A stretch of DNA of 64,000 nt from Trichoplax sp. H2 (taxonomy: Eukaryota): positions 1 to 64,000 of the forward strand of contig NOWV01000020.1 in the NCBI GenBank assembly GCA_003344405.1, read 5' to 3'. Positions within the stretch are counted from its first letter, which is position 1; each line of letters starts with the position of its first letter. Shown piece by piece: positions 14,085 to 25,733 of the stretch. A model generated the notes under the pieces. It saw nothing but the letters and a program-made list of their open reading frames with translations, was not told the DNA's origin and ran no database searches. Both the position numbers and the translations under genes were made by a program.

Positions 14085-15086
14085 ATGAATGCTCCCGTCG
14101 TTAATACATCTAACACAACAAATAATGTATGGTACTACTTTTCTAGAACATTTTATTCTTCATCAGTATTGGCGATTGGTACCACTATTGGATTTACTGG
14201 TTTACTAACAAATTCAATCTTGCTTGTTACAATCTTGATGGTTAGAAAATTAAGAAAGTCAAGTAGAACCCTTACAAGCTTATCTTTATGTGGCATCCTG
14301 TTTGCAGCTGTTTTTATTTTACCTATACATCTATTACCACCACAACAATCTATGGCATACCTCGTTAACTACGACTTACTAGGTGCACGCTGTGGTGTAT
14401 TGCTATTAATAAATATCAATTTACACCAGTGTGTACTAGGAATAGAACGATGGTTGGCTGTGGCCTCGCCATTACGCTATCGCAGATATAGAAAGAGCAA
14501 ATTAGTGAATTTTACTTGCATACTCTTATGGGTTACTTCTTTAATATTAACACATTTACCACTAGCCTTTCGTTGCATTATGACCACAACTGCTTCTATT
14601 TCAGCCTTAGCTGCATCTAATGAATTGCGAGTAAAAGCTAGACGAATTGAAAAAATAAGCTTTCAAGTTATTCTATCAAGCACTTACCTAATGCTTTTAA
14701 TTATTATGGTCTCGTCTTATTGCTCTACTCTAGCCAGTGTCAACTCTTCTCGCAGGAAAAACTTGTTCGTATGTTCTAAACCGAAACCGAAACATATGTC
14801 TTCCGCTAAAGCTATCCGTCAAATGACTATTGTAACTGGCACTTTTTTAATACTTTGTTCGCCTGCATTAACTATTATTATGTCTCCAATGCTAGGTAGT
14901 ACCCATATTTCAAATTATACTTTCACTGTTATTTCATTTTACTTCCTTGTTTCTTATCCCTCAGCCTACCCTATTTTGTATTGTTATTACGGTAGAAATA
15001 TTAAGAAAGAACTTCAAACAGCGGCAATGACCCGTAGCATTCGATCATTTAACGATAGTAAAATTCGCGATAGAACAACATCCTAA
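14085..15086 (+). CDS. Orphan class A (rhodopsin-like) GPCR, 333 aa, single coding exon
   Basis: Seven hydrophobic segments. N-terminal N-glycosylation sequons (NTS, NTT). TM1 GLLTN, TM3 IERWLAVASPLRY, TM4 W, TM6 FLILCSP, TM7 YPILY. AATAAA at 15225. Confidence 0.93.
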   Translation: MNAPVVNTSNTTNNVWYYFSRTFYSSSVLAIGTTIGFTGLLTNSILLVTILMVRKLRKSSRTLTSLSLCGILFAAVFILPIHLLPPQQSMAYLVNYDLLGARCGVLLLININLHQCVLGIERWLAVASPLRYRRYRKSKLVNFTCILLWVTSLILTHLPLAFRCIMTTTASISALAASNELRVKARRIEKISFQVILSSTYLMLLIIMVSSYCSTLASVNSSRRKNLFVCSKPKPKHMSSAKAIRQMTIVTGTFLILCSPALTIIMSPMLGSTHISNYTFTVISFYFLVSYPSAYPILYCYYGRNIKKELQTAAMTRSIRSFNDSKIRDRTTS

Positions 15087-16506
15087 ATTTCAATTAAAAT
15101 ATGTACTGAAACGAATTACATAATATAAGACAAAACATGTAAATCTCATCCATGATTAACATTGTTTATCATTGTTGATGTCTTGTATATAGATAATCCA
15201 ATATTTTTTGTATATCGAACTGCAAATAAAAAAATCAATTACAAAACCATTTTAATTTTTCTGCTTCAGTAGTTGAACTTAATGCCAAAATATTTGAATA
15301 TAATTATATTTCTAAACAAAGTTTCAACAACCATTCAGCAAAAACTCATTGCGCTTCCAGTTATACCTAATGCAAATACAAGATTAGATACACGCATGCA
15401 AAGATAGTATTAGTTTAATTTTTACATTACAAATACAGCATGATATTGCTGATTTTCTAAAGTACTTTAATACGTTAAATGCATAAATTTATGTAAATTA
15501 CTACAATGAGTGTACATACCCTGTACGAAAGATAGCTGACTGACAGCGTCGATTATCAAGATCGCATTTTAATATGTCGGTATTGTTGTATCGAAAGCAT
15601 CATATCAAGAATGACTCAATTTATCAAAGCAAGCTACATTTAATCTTTAAGACCATAAGATTAGATAATATATATGTAATGTATATAAATTAGTTGTAAT
15701 AATATTATCTACATCCTAAAATTTTTATTTAAGCAATAGACAGCTATAACCTGCTAAAATCATTTTACTGTGAATTACTAGTAAGTCAAATGCATCGATC
15801 ACAACACCGTTCTATCATCATATCAAGCTAATTAATAAATTTACCTGGATTACAGAGCATACAACTTAATACGTAAACATGAACGATATAATATAAATAG
15901 CAATTGAATTCCTTGTGAAGAAAAAACATATTTACAACTATTAGGCTTTCAGACTTACCGGCATATTAGTGATAACAAGGATATATTTCGACGTAATCCC
16001 TGTCTCACAATGATTTTAGTCCAATTTTATCTTCATTCAAATTATGATTGTCTTCTACTAATACCGAATTATCACATAACAAATTAATTAATTAATCTAG
16101 ATTGTATCTATGTTTAGCTATTAGTCAATACAAGATGAATTTTATTACAGTAGCGGTATACATTAGCAATTTAATTCTTTAATAAAATCGGAAACGAAGA
16201 TCAATACCTTGCCAATAAAGCGATCTTTCATTCTATTCAGCAGGCTTGAATTTAATTAAAGAACCTTTATTTCTATTTATTTACTTGTGTTATTTAAATT
16301 AATGTAACTTAGCATGTAGTTATTTCACTGAGTAGCCCTACCATTTTAAAACTACTGAAACTGTTGATAATTTTAAACATTATCTTTATCATGGAAAGAA
16401 ATAAATAAACAGGCGACGCCTATATTAAATTCTGGTAACAGTCTTTAAAACATACCCATATTGCCTATTCGTTTGTGCTTTGTACAAGCCTTTCAATTTA
16501 TAAACA

Positions 16507-17134
16507 AGTCTTAAAACAGCTTTGCAACAAGATAACGTAATGTACGATCAATAAGTCAATTCCTTGAACCACGCATCTAGGAACGATATCTGCACTATCA
16601 CAAACACTTTTGCTCTACTAGTAGACTACACAAAGACTTAGACGCTTCGTATTTTACGTTAAACTCTAACTTTATGAATCCACTTTATTACACGATATAC
16701 TGCATTTATATACTATTCCTCAATAGTTTATGAGCATAGTTAATACAATTAACATTAGAATCATTTACTGAATTAGATATTAATTTTAGCTACTGCTCCC
16801 TTAATGCAGACAACAGCATTTACGAACATAGACATCTGATGACTAATACAGAATAGTCAGATTACGATATGTCCTATCACGGAACATTTCTACGATAATT
16901 TACAATTTATCATAACTAAGTTACAATCACAATGAGTCGAACTGTAAGTAGATGATTTGCATTCCCTATTATAACTATTAATTCAGTATGTGTACATGTG
17001 TCATTATTATAAAAAGTCAGTGCTATATTAAAACACAGTATATCCAAATTAGAAGTTAACTAATTAAGGATAGTCTAACAGAATTATCCTAACATAGATA
17101 TTTCTACTCTAATGCAGTATACAACACTGTCACA
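16507..17134 (-). mobile_element. Solo-LTR-like family A, full length (628 bp)
   Basis: Colinear with the reverse complement of 24616-25244. One terminus is mutated. TSD AAACA/GAACA (4 of 5 match). Confidence 0.85.
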
Positions 17135-18578
17135 GAACATAATATACAAATATCACCAGCTGGAAAAAAACCGTTGCTAAGCATATTGAGGTAGTAGCTT
17201 TTGGAATAAATAATTTTTAACAGCTTTCAATTTTAAAGGTCTAGGAAGTAGCGTAGCTCCAAGCTATTACATCAAACTTCAACTAAGAACAAACCATCAT
17301 ATAAGCCTAAAGCATTCCGTAAATCATTTACAAAAGTAGCTTTAACAAATTAGACTATAAAGTAAAATAATTTTTGCAAGACAGATTATATTTATATATA
17401 TTTATTTAATCCTTACAATATCAAATCGCTAAGTAAATCTGTTATTACAAAAGCCCTCTTAAAACTCAAACTGTTGCTCCTTTCATAAAATCAACAGCAT
17501 TCAATATGACATTTTACTATGTTTAATAGGCTACTGACCAGTATGGTTACGATAGCTCTAGCATTTACTAATTGTAACTACAGGAAAAAAGTGTATAGCC
17601 GTAATTTACGAAGTTAATATCAGAAGATCTTCAACTGTAGTGTAGTATGCCGTATTTGTAGAAGCATCATGCTATTAATTCAGCAATAGTTCAGAAATAG
17701 AACTTCTAATGAAGATACGCACATACGTGCATACATATGACTGTAATCAGAAATACTACATTTATAGAAAACTAGTATCGAAATACTAAATCGCAGTAGA
17801 CATCATTAAAAAAAAGATAGCCTAAGCTATAGATCAAAGCGTACAAATTTCACCTGCATAATGTATGCATGCGATCAGGTTTCATAGCGGATGATAAATA
17901 TCGAATGTCATTTACACGTTTGCTGTCGTTGAATATTTTAGCATTTTAGAAAACTGAATAGCTGTACATTATTTATGCATTGCTACACAATTAACACTAG
18001 GCCAAATAAGTAGACATTAGCGTACTTAGAATTTCTTATAGCAATTTTAATGAGATATAAACCTCAAAACGCTCTTTAGCATTTAAGGCAACAGTATTGC
18101 AAACTGGGATGTTATCGAACATCAATTTATATAATTTTTAAAGCTCTATAAACTTATTTGCAATTTTCAAAGTCAATATAACACATGCAAGCACCACAGA
18201 AATTGTAGGATCATACCAGATACTGTAAATAAAATTACGCCATGAGGATATGTAATCGTTTACGATTTTTCACCAGTAATGGTATCCTGCGATTTTATCA
18301 TCTATGAAAAACGTAAGAATTTCGGAACCGAATTTAATCTATTATTTTTCTTTTCTAACCAAGGCTTTGAAAGTCAAGATTACAAGTAAAACAATTGGTC
18401 CCTCTGAAAATATGCGTAATAATTGCTAAAACATGGAATTGCACATACTTAGAAGCCAAGTAATCTACAATTCCGGAATTAATAATGTTGAAGACAGTCT
18501 ACTACTCAAATTAAACTGCTACAGTTTATTTGTAGAGCATAACTCCTCACATTTATACCAAAAGTTAGCATTTATGTC

Positions 18579-19210
18579 TGTTAAAAAACGGCTTTGCAAC
18601 AAGATAACGTAATGCACGATCAGTCGAATCCCTGAACCACGTATCAGTGAGCAGTATCTACTCTTTCAGGAACTCTTTTCCTATACTAGTAGACCACAAA
18701 AAGACTTAGACGCCTCATACCTTACAATAAACGCTGATCATAAGAACTAACTTTATTATACGATTTATCGCATTTACATACTCTTTTACAATAGCAAAGA
18801 CATCCTAGTCAGTAATATTAACGTTGAAACCAGATAATGAATCAAAAGCTAATTTTGTCTACTGCTACCTAATGAATACAACAGTATTTACGAACATAGA
18901 CATCGAATTACTAATACAGAATTGTCAGATTACAATATGTCCTATCACGGAACATTTCTACGATAATCTACAATCTACCATAAGTAAATTACAATCACAG
19001 TGATTTGAATTGTAAGAAGATAATTCTCAATTCCCTAATTAAACTACTAATTTCAGTAGGCTGTATATATCACCATAAAAGCTAGTGCTATATATAAATA
19101 TCACATATCTACATTAGAAACTCTTCATAAAAGGGTATATCAACAAAATTATCCTAACATAGATGTTTCTACTATAATTTCGATATTACAGTGTGTATAG
19201 CACTGTAACA
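18579..19210 (-). mobile_element. Older, diverged family A copy (632 bp)
   Basis: Termini TGTTA...TGTAACA. TSD ATGTC/ACGTC (4 of 5 match). Colinear with 16507-17134 but clearly diverged. Confidence 0.8.
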
Positions 19211-20933
19211 ACGTCTTCTACAATTGATAGAAGCAATCGGTTACAGAAATTTTATAATTTGGAAGCATAAAACATCCTACGGGTATGTTGTTTATCAATC
19301 AGATACAACTGAATAAACTCCACAGATGTCAAATACTTAGTAACACACACTTTAGCATAAATACTAACGTTTAAGTGTAAATTCCGTACCTAAAGACAGC
19401 TCTTGAGCTAGGCTATATAAGAATCTGTATTTTAAAAGTACTATTTAGCTTGATTACGTGTGATGTACTGTTCCCTACGCATCTCAGTGTTGTTTTTATT
19501 GATAGTGTCGCAATTAGATTTAAGACTGCATTTAAATATAATATTTCCCTAGCCTATTGAAGTTCATTTATAGTCTGCTTTAAACCAGACATCGAAACTC
19601 TGGAGTACCCTAGAGCTGTTTTATGAATATCTATTGCCTGATTTCAAGTTTAAGCTAGTTTTTTATAGGCGAAGAAACATTGCAGTCAAGCTATCTAGAA
19701 GTTATTAGCAAAGATATCCATCAAGAATGTAACAGCGTCGACTTTACTAAGCCTGAATACTTGAAANNNNNNNNNNNNNNNNNNNNCTAACTAATTACTA
19801 ACAATCTATATGCCTGATTTCGCAAATTGCAGTTAACATATATAACATAACTCATCGCAATGCGAGTAGCGTGCCATTCACTTTTACTAAAATTCCAGCC
19901 AGAGGATCGAAATTTAGAATTAGAGACGATATAATGCATCTACATTATCGTTACTATTATCGCATTTATATTCAAGTGAAAAAGTAAACTGACTAGCCAA
20001 TAATGACAATCTCATATTACGTTAGTTGTGGTTCTTCATACGTGGTATCTATACCAAGGGTTGGTAGTCTGAATGTACTTCGAAAGCTTNNNNNNNNNNN
20101 NNNNNNNNNTATCACGGAACATTTCTACGATAATCTACAATCTACCATAAGTAAATTACAATCACAGTGATTTGAATTGTAAGAAGATAATTCTCAATTC
20201 CCTAATTAAACTACTAATTTCAGTAGGCTGTATATATCACCATAAAAGCTAGTGCTATATATAAATATCACATATCTACATTAGAAACTCTTCATAAAAG
20301 GGTATATCAACAAAATTATCCTAACATAGATGTTTCTACTATAATTTCGATATTACAGTGTGTATAGCACTGTAACAACGTCTTCTACAATTGATAGAAG
20401 CAATCGGTTACAGAAATTTTATAATTTGGAAGCATAAAACATCCTACGGGTATGTTGTTTATCAATCAGATACAACTGAATAAACTCCACAGATGTCAAA
20501 TACTTAGTAACACACACTTTAGCATAAATACTAACGTTTAAGTGTAAATTTCGTACCTAAAGATAGCTCTTGAGCTAGGCTATATAAGAATCTGTATTTT
20601 AAAAGTACTATTTAGCTTGATTGCGTGTGATATACTGTTCCCTACGTATCTCAGTGTTGTTTTTATTGATAGTGCCGCAATTAGATTTAAGATTGCATTT
20701 AAATATAATATTTCCCTAGCCTATTGAAGTTCATTTATAGTCTGCTTTAAACCAGACATCGAAACTCTGGAGTGCTCTAGAGCTGTTTTATGAACATCTA
20801 TTACCTGATTTCAAGTTTAAGCTAGTTTTTTATAGGCGAAGAAACATTGCAGTCAAGCTATCTAGAAGTTATTAGCAAAGATATCCATCAAGAATGTAAC
20901 AGCGTCGACTTTACTAAGCCTGAATACTTGAAA
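18943..20933. other. Redundantly assembled haplotype contigs around two gaps
   Basis: 18943-19766 equals 20110-20933 with about 11 substitutions. 19787-20089 equals 23522-24190 minus the 361-bp insertion and one TSD copy. The junctions coincide with N gaps. Confidence 0.8.
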
Positions 20934-23680
20934 ATTAATTCACCGATACTTGAGAGAAGATAATTCCGTTTTAAATATCTGTATTAAGCAATACTTTAAT
21001 GCCCTTAAATATATAAAATTTCATTACTCTCTCTTATCGCAAAATAGCCCTTATAAAGTCGTATAAATGCATTGCCTTCTGGTTGGTTTCAGTAATCTAC
21101 TGTAGTTTGATCATTTGATGATCTTAATGCATACTACATAAATTATACGCTGAGACTAGATTTAATGGAGATTCAGTTTGTAATATATCGCATAAGCTGT
21201 TGCCTTTAATTGAACAATGAGCTCAAACCCAGACTTAGATTTACGTGGTTTCCAACAAATGTAAAACTGTAATAAAAGAGATATCCGATACACATTTTAG
21301 AAATAAAGCTCTAGCTGTCATACACTATAGGAGATATTGAGCTTCATATAAAATTAAAGTAGACTTGAGCCGTCTATTGAAAAATTTTTTATACTCGTTC
21401 CATCAATACGTTTAGAATAGCAATTGGAATGCGGTAGTTTAAGTGGATACTAACTTTTTATATAATTATTTATTTACGAAATAGGTCGTACTATTCTCAC
21501 GACGAAAGACTGGTGTTCTATGGCTAATAAAGCATCGTTTATAAAATGAAAGGAATCATGGCAATACAAGATGCAGCGCAATAGAAAAGTTTCTTAGCTT
21601 AAAAATTATCCAGTAACAAAACACCAATCAAAACTTTCAGTTCCGTTCTCAGCGTTTAAATATTGATCGCACATTTATGTATTATTAATCGCTGCATTAA
21701 ATTTCCTTTCATAGTTATCAAGATAAAATGCAATTAATGGCATGATAGTATCCAGCAAGGCGATTTACTACGATAAAAGCAAATAACAGAAAAGACTAAG
21801 AATATAAGCAGGTAGGTAACTTATACAAGCTAATAACAGCCAACGCTTCATCCTATCTCGATAGGTTCTACTCTTTAACTAAATCACACTGGATTGCACT
21901 GTATCAAATATCAGCAGCGGCATCTCATCTATTAAGTACATTTTTCATCTCCTACAAAGTAGATAAAATAATTTCTGAGCTTTAAATCACATTTAGTGAT
22001 ATAATACACTCCCAATTTCAGAACCATCCTTACTCAAACATCGAAAAACTGTAATTAAAATACTTTTCTGCCTTATAGTATCATAGCAACATCCCATATA
22101 CTATATGTTATATCTGCAATTACCATCATTTGTAATATAAAATAATTGTTAATTCACACTGCAATCAAACTTAAACTACCTCCAAGAAACATAGCAATTT
22201 CTCTTATTTAAATTAATCATTAACTTCTGGCTATTCTGAAAAAAATTAATGTAATACACAAGCTAGCACCTCCTCGATACCATTACGTTCCCGAATTCAT
22301 TACGATCATTTAAAATTTAAATCCAGATAATCGTATATTTGATCTCCCAACTAATAAAACGACATATCATGAAGACAGCAATTTTTGTACATATATAATA
22401 GCAGATAGTATTTAAACGTACCCTTGATGTCTACCTTAATCATTGTAAGGAGTTGATAGCGGCTGAATAGACAGATTTTTTTGATAAAAGCACTGTAGAA
22501 TATTAAGTAATATCCCATAATTTAACGTGTCATTGGATTATATTATGGCTTATATGAGTGAATAAGTTGACGGAAAAGACAAACAGAATTTAAATATAAT
22601 ATAAATAAGAAACTGCAACTACATGCCGGATACTCATTGATGCAGAACAACTCGACTAATAATGCAACTTTTATCGTTTAATGCCCCTTTCATCCAGGAA
22701 GACGATCGATAAAAACAAAGTAAAGTGTAATGAGTTTCATAATATTTACTATTGTAAAGCCCATCAGGATCTTGGTTTACTTTTTGCTCCTCATCCATAA
22801 ATGAATAGCTACTATTAATAATTTATACACCAAAATATTACTAAACTTATATCCTTAATAGAAAACGAATCAATATCTATAAAGAAACTGCGTTCATAAT
22901 ATTAATCGTATAAACACATTTAGTGCGAATATTTTTCTTAAGTATTCCAATTATTTTGCTTAAAATCTCCCATGTTGTCAGTTAAGCAATTCAGTAAAGT
23001 TTTTGAAACTATATTTGTTAATGATAAACTCAAAATTAAAGAAACGTTATGTAATAGCTTCCACTATTACGCTAGGTCCTAAGTTTATGTCTTACGTAGA
23101 ATGAGTCTAAGTTACAGCATGTACTCCAGTTGATCGTATCATCACGTGCCCGTTAATTTATTAGACTTAGGTAATCTTAGTATTATCGTTGATACGACTT
23201 AACGTCACTTTTCTACACGTGGCTAATCAATAGCAGCCGATAGTTATTGTTGCAACCACTTTTTGTAATATAGAAACTGCTTCTAACAGCAGTTGAGTAT
23301 AGACACCAGTCTTCACTAAGATCAAGACTAGAACTCTCTTTATTTTAAAAGTAACTCGCTTTTATGCCTTCTATCTATTTGCGAGCAAATATATATTCTT
23401 ATATCTAATTTAGTATAACTTTAAGCTCTACTTTAAGATACGTTAAAATATGCACACAACATGAGATAAACCACTATCAGAATACGATCTGACCTTCGAG
23501 CTCTCTTATAAATTAGGTATCTAACTAATTACTAACAATCTATATGCCTGATTTCGCAAATTGCAGTTAACATATATAACATAACTCATCGCAATGCGAG
23601 TAGCGTGCCATTCACTTTTACTAAAATTCCAGCCAGAGGATCGAAATTTAGAATTAGAGACGATATAATGCATCTACATT

Positions 23681-24041
23681 AGATAGAGAAGACCTGGACC
23701 CCCGCGAAAAATAATAACAAAAAGATAATAAAAGGAAATAAAAAATGAAACACTAAAAATCGGATATATACGCCGCTCGAGCGCAAAGAAATATATATAT
23801 CGTTTCGACTCTGAAATTTTCTATATATATTTATGCAATAATGTATCGCGATTCGTGGACCAATCGCGAATCACGATACATTATTGCATAAATATATATA
23901 GAAAATTTCAGAGTCGAAACGATATATATATTTCTTTGCGCTCGCGCGGCGTATATATCCGATTTTTAGTGTTTCATTTTTTATTTCCTTTTATTATCTT
24001 TTTGTTATTATTTTTCGCGGGGGTCCAGGTCTTCTCTATCT
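23681..24041. mobile_element. 361-bp non-coding fold-back (palindromic) transposon with 6-bp TSD and Polinton-like termini
   Basis: Arms of ~177 bp are reverse complements with about 3 mismatches, centred on 23861. Ends AGATAGAGAAGACC...GGTCTTCTCTATCT. TSD TACATT (23675-80 / 24042-47). Empty site with a single TACATT at 19941-19946. Confidence 0.95.
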
Positions 24042-24551
24042 TACATTATCGTTACTATTATCGCATTTATATTCAAGTGAAAAAGTAAACTGACTAGCCA
24101 ATAATGACAATCTCATATTACGTTAGTTGTGGTTCTTCATACGTGGTATCTATACCAAGGGTTGGTAGTCTGAATGTACTTCGAAAGCTTGTCCTTCTTA
24201 ATAAACTGAAAACGTTTGCTAAACCCATACTAAGGCTTAGCATTCTTTTTCAATCGTGAAGTAATTCCTTTCGCTTTATGTTAGTTTCCTACTACCATAA
24301 GCTAGGTTAACGACCAATTAGATTTTGCACCAGTACCCTTTATGTAAAATTTGTCTCATACTGGACTGTGATGGGAGACACATGTCTTCATCATTTGGAT
24401 CTATCATCTATCAACCACAGTTTTTTTCCCCTTGCAATGATTTAGATGGGCAATTAAATCATAGTTGCTATCTCTGCAGCCTTTCTATCTACAAGATCCT
24501 GCGATAAATTAGGAGAAGAATTCAAAATTCAAAATCCGCATAATCTCTCTT

Positions 24552-25733
24552 CGATACGGTGTTGCCTTGTCATTAGGATAGTTTAATAAGTACAGTTGTA
24601 GCTAGTATGGAGAATTGTTACAGTGTTACATACTGTATTAGAGTAGAAATATCTATGTTAGGATAATTCTGTTAGACTATTCTTATTTAGTTAACTTCTA
24701 ATTTGGATATACTGTGTTTTAATATAGCACTGACTTTTTATGATAATGACACTTATACACATACTGAAATTAATAGTTATAGTAGGGAATACAAATCATC
24801 TACTTACAGTTCGATTCATTGCGATTGTAATTTACTTATGGTAGATTGTAAATTATCGTGGAAATGTTCCGTGATAGGACATATCGTAATCTGACTATTC
24901 TGTATTAGTCATTACATATCTATGTTCGTAAATACTGTTGTCTGCATTAAGGAAGCAGTAGCTAAAATTAATATCTAATTCAGAAAACGATTCCAATGTT
25001 AATTGTATTAACTATGCTCATGAAGTATTGAGGAATAGTATATAAATGCAGTATATCGTAAAATAAAGAGAATTCTCAAACTTAGTATTTAACGTAAAAT
25101 ACGAGGCGTTTAAGTCTTTGTGTAGTCTACTAGTCGAGCAAAAGTGTTTGTGATAGTGCAGATATCGTTCCTTGATACGTGGTTCAAGGAATTGACTTAT
25201 TGATCGTATATTACGTTATCTTGTTGCAAAGCTGTTTTGTGACAAGAATATTTATATTTGTAGTGCTAGGTAAGATAAGTAATGCCTTAACGTGAATAAT
25301 GTTTGTGATAGTTCATTACGTATTTGATATTGAATGTTAATGTGTGATAGATAGCAGTAAGATGATTCAAGTTCTATTTGATGATAGTTGATTTAGACAA
25401 CCTACGAGCTTAGATTAAGATTAAGTATGAGTAAGAGATTCAAAATATTTACAGATAGAAAAGCTATGTAAGGAACATCTCAGTTCGAGATGTTTCTTCT
25501 AGTAAGGTATAATAATAATACTGTTGTTGTTTACAAATTAGACGGTTCCTATAGAAATGGGAACATTTAAGTTGAGTGGTGTGGTAAAAAGTTGTAGATG
25601 TATCTTTGTTAATAAAAGTTTCATATTTACAGTATTTGCTGTGTGTTCAACGCTAAGTAAAAGGGCGTTTAAGTCAGTAGCTACCTATAGACTTTACTGT
25701 ACTTTACCTTGTGGCAGAAGTGAAATTGTGACA
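24552..25733 (+). mobile_element. Older LTR-like element (~548 bp without the insert) interrupted by a family A copy
   Basis: TSD CTCTT (24547-51 / 25734-38). 3' end ...TTGTGACA. Degenerate 5' end CGATACGGTGTT resembles family A TGTTACAGTGTT. AATAAA at 25611. Shares GGCGTTTAAGTC with the family A 3' part. Confidence 0.6.
24616..25244 (+). mobile_element. Solo-LTR-like family A, intact (629 bp)
   Basis: Termini TGTTACA...TGTGACA. Perfect TSD AGAAT (24611-15 / 25245-49). TATATAAA at 25039 and AATAAA at 25062 were used to assign orientation. Confidence 0.9.

Noticed and set aside
18943..20933. Apparent 824-bp tandem segmental duplication
   Set aside because: The breakpoints coincide with N gaps and the differences look allelic, so it is treated as haplotype redundancy in the assembly.
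23855..24088. 77-aa ORF in the fold-back element
   Set aside because: GTG start, low-complexity sequence, and it runs out through the TIR into flanking DNA. It is a by-product of the AT-rich arm.
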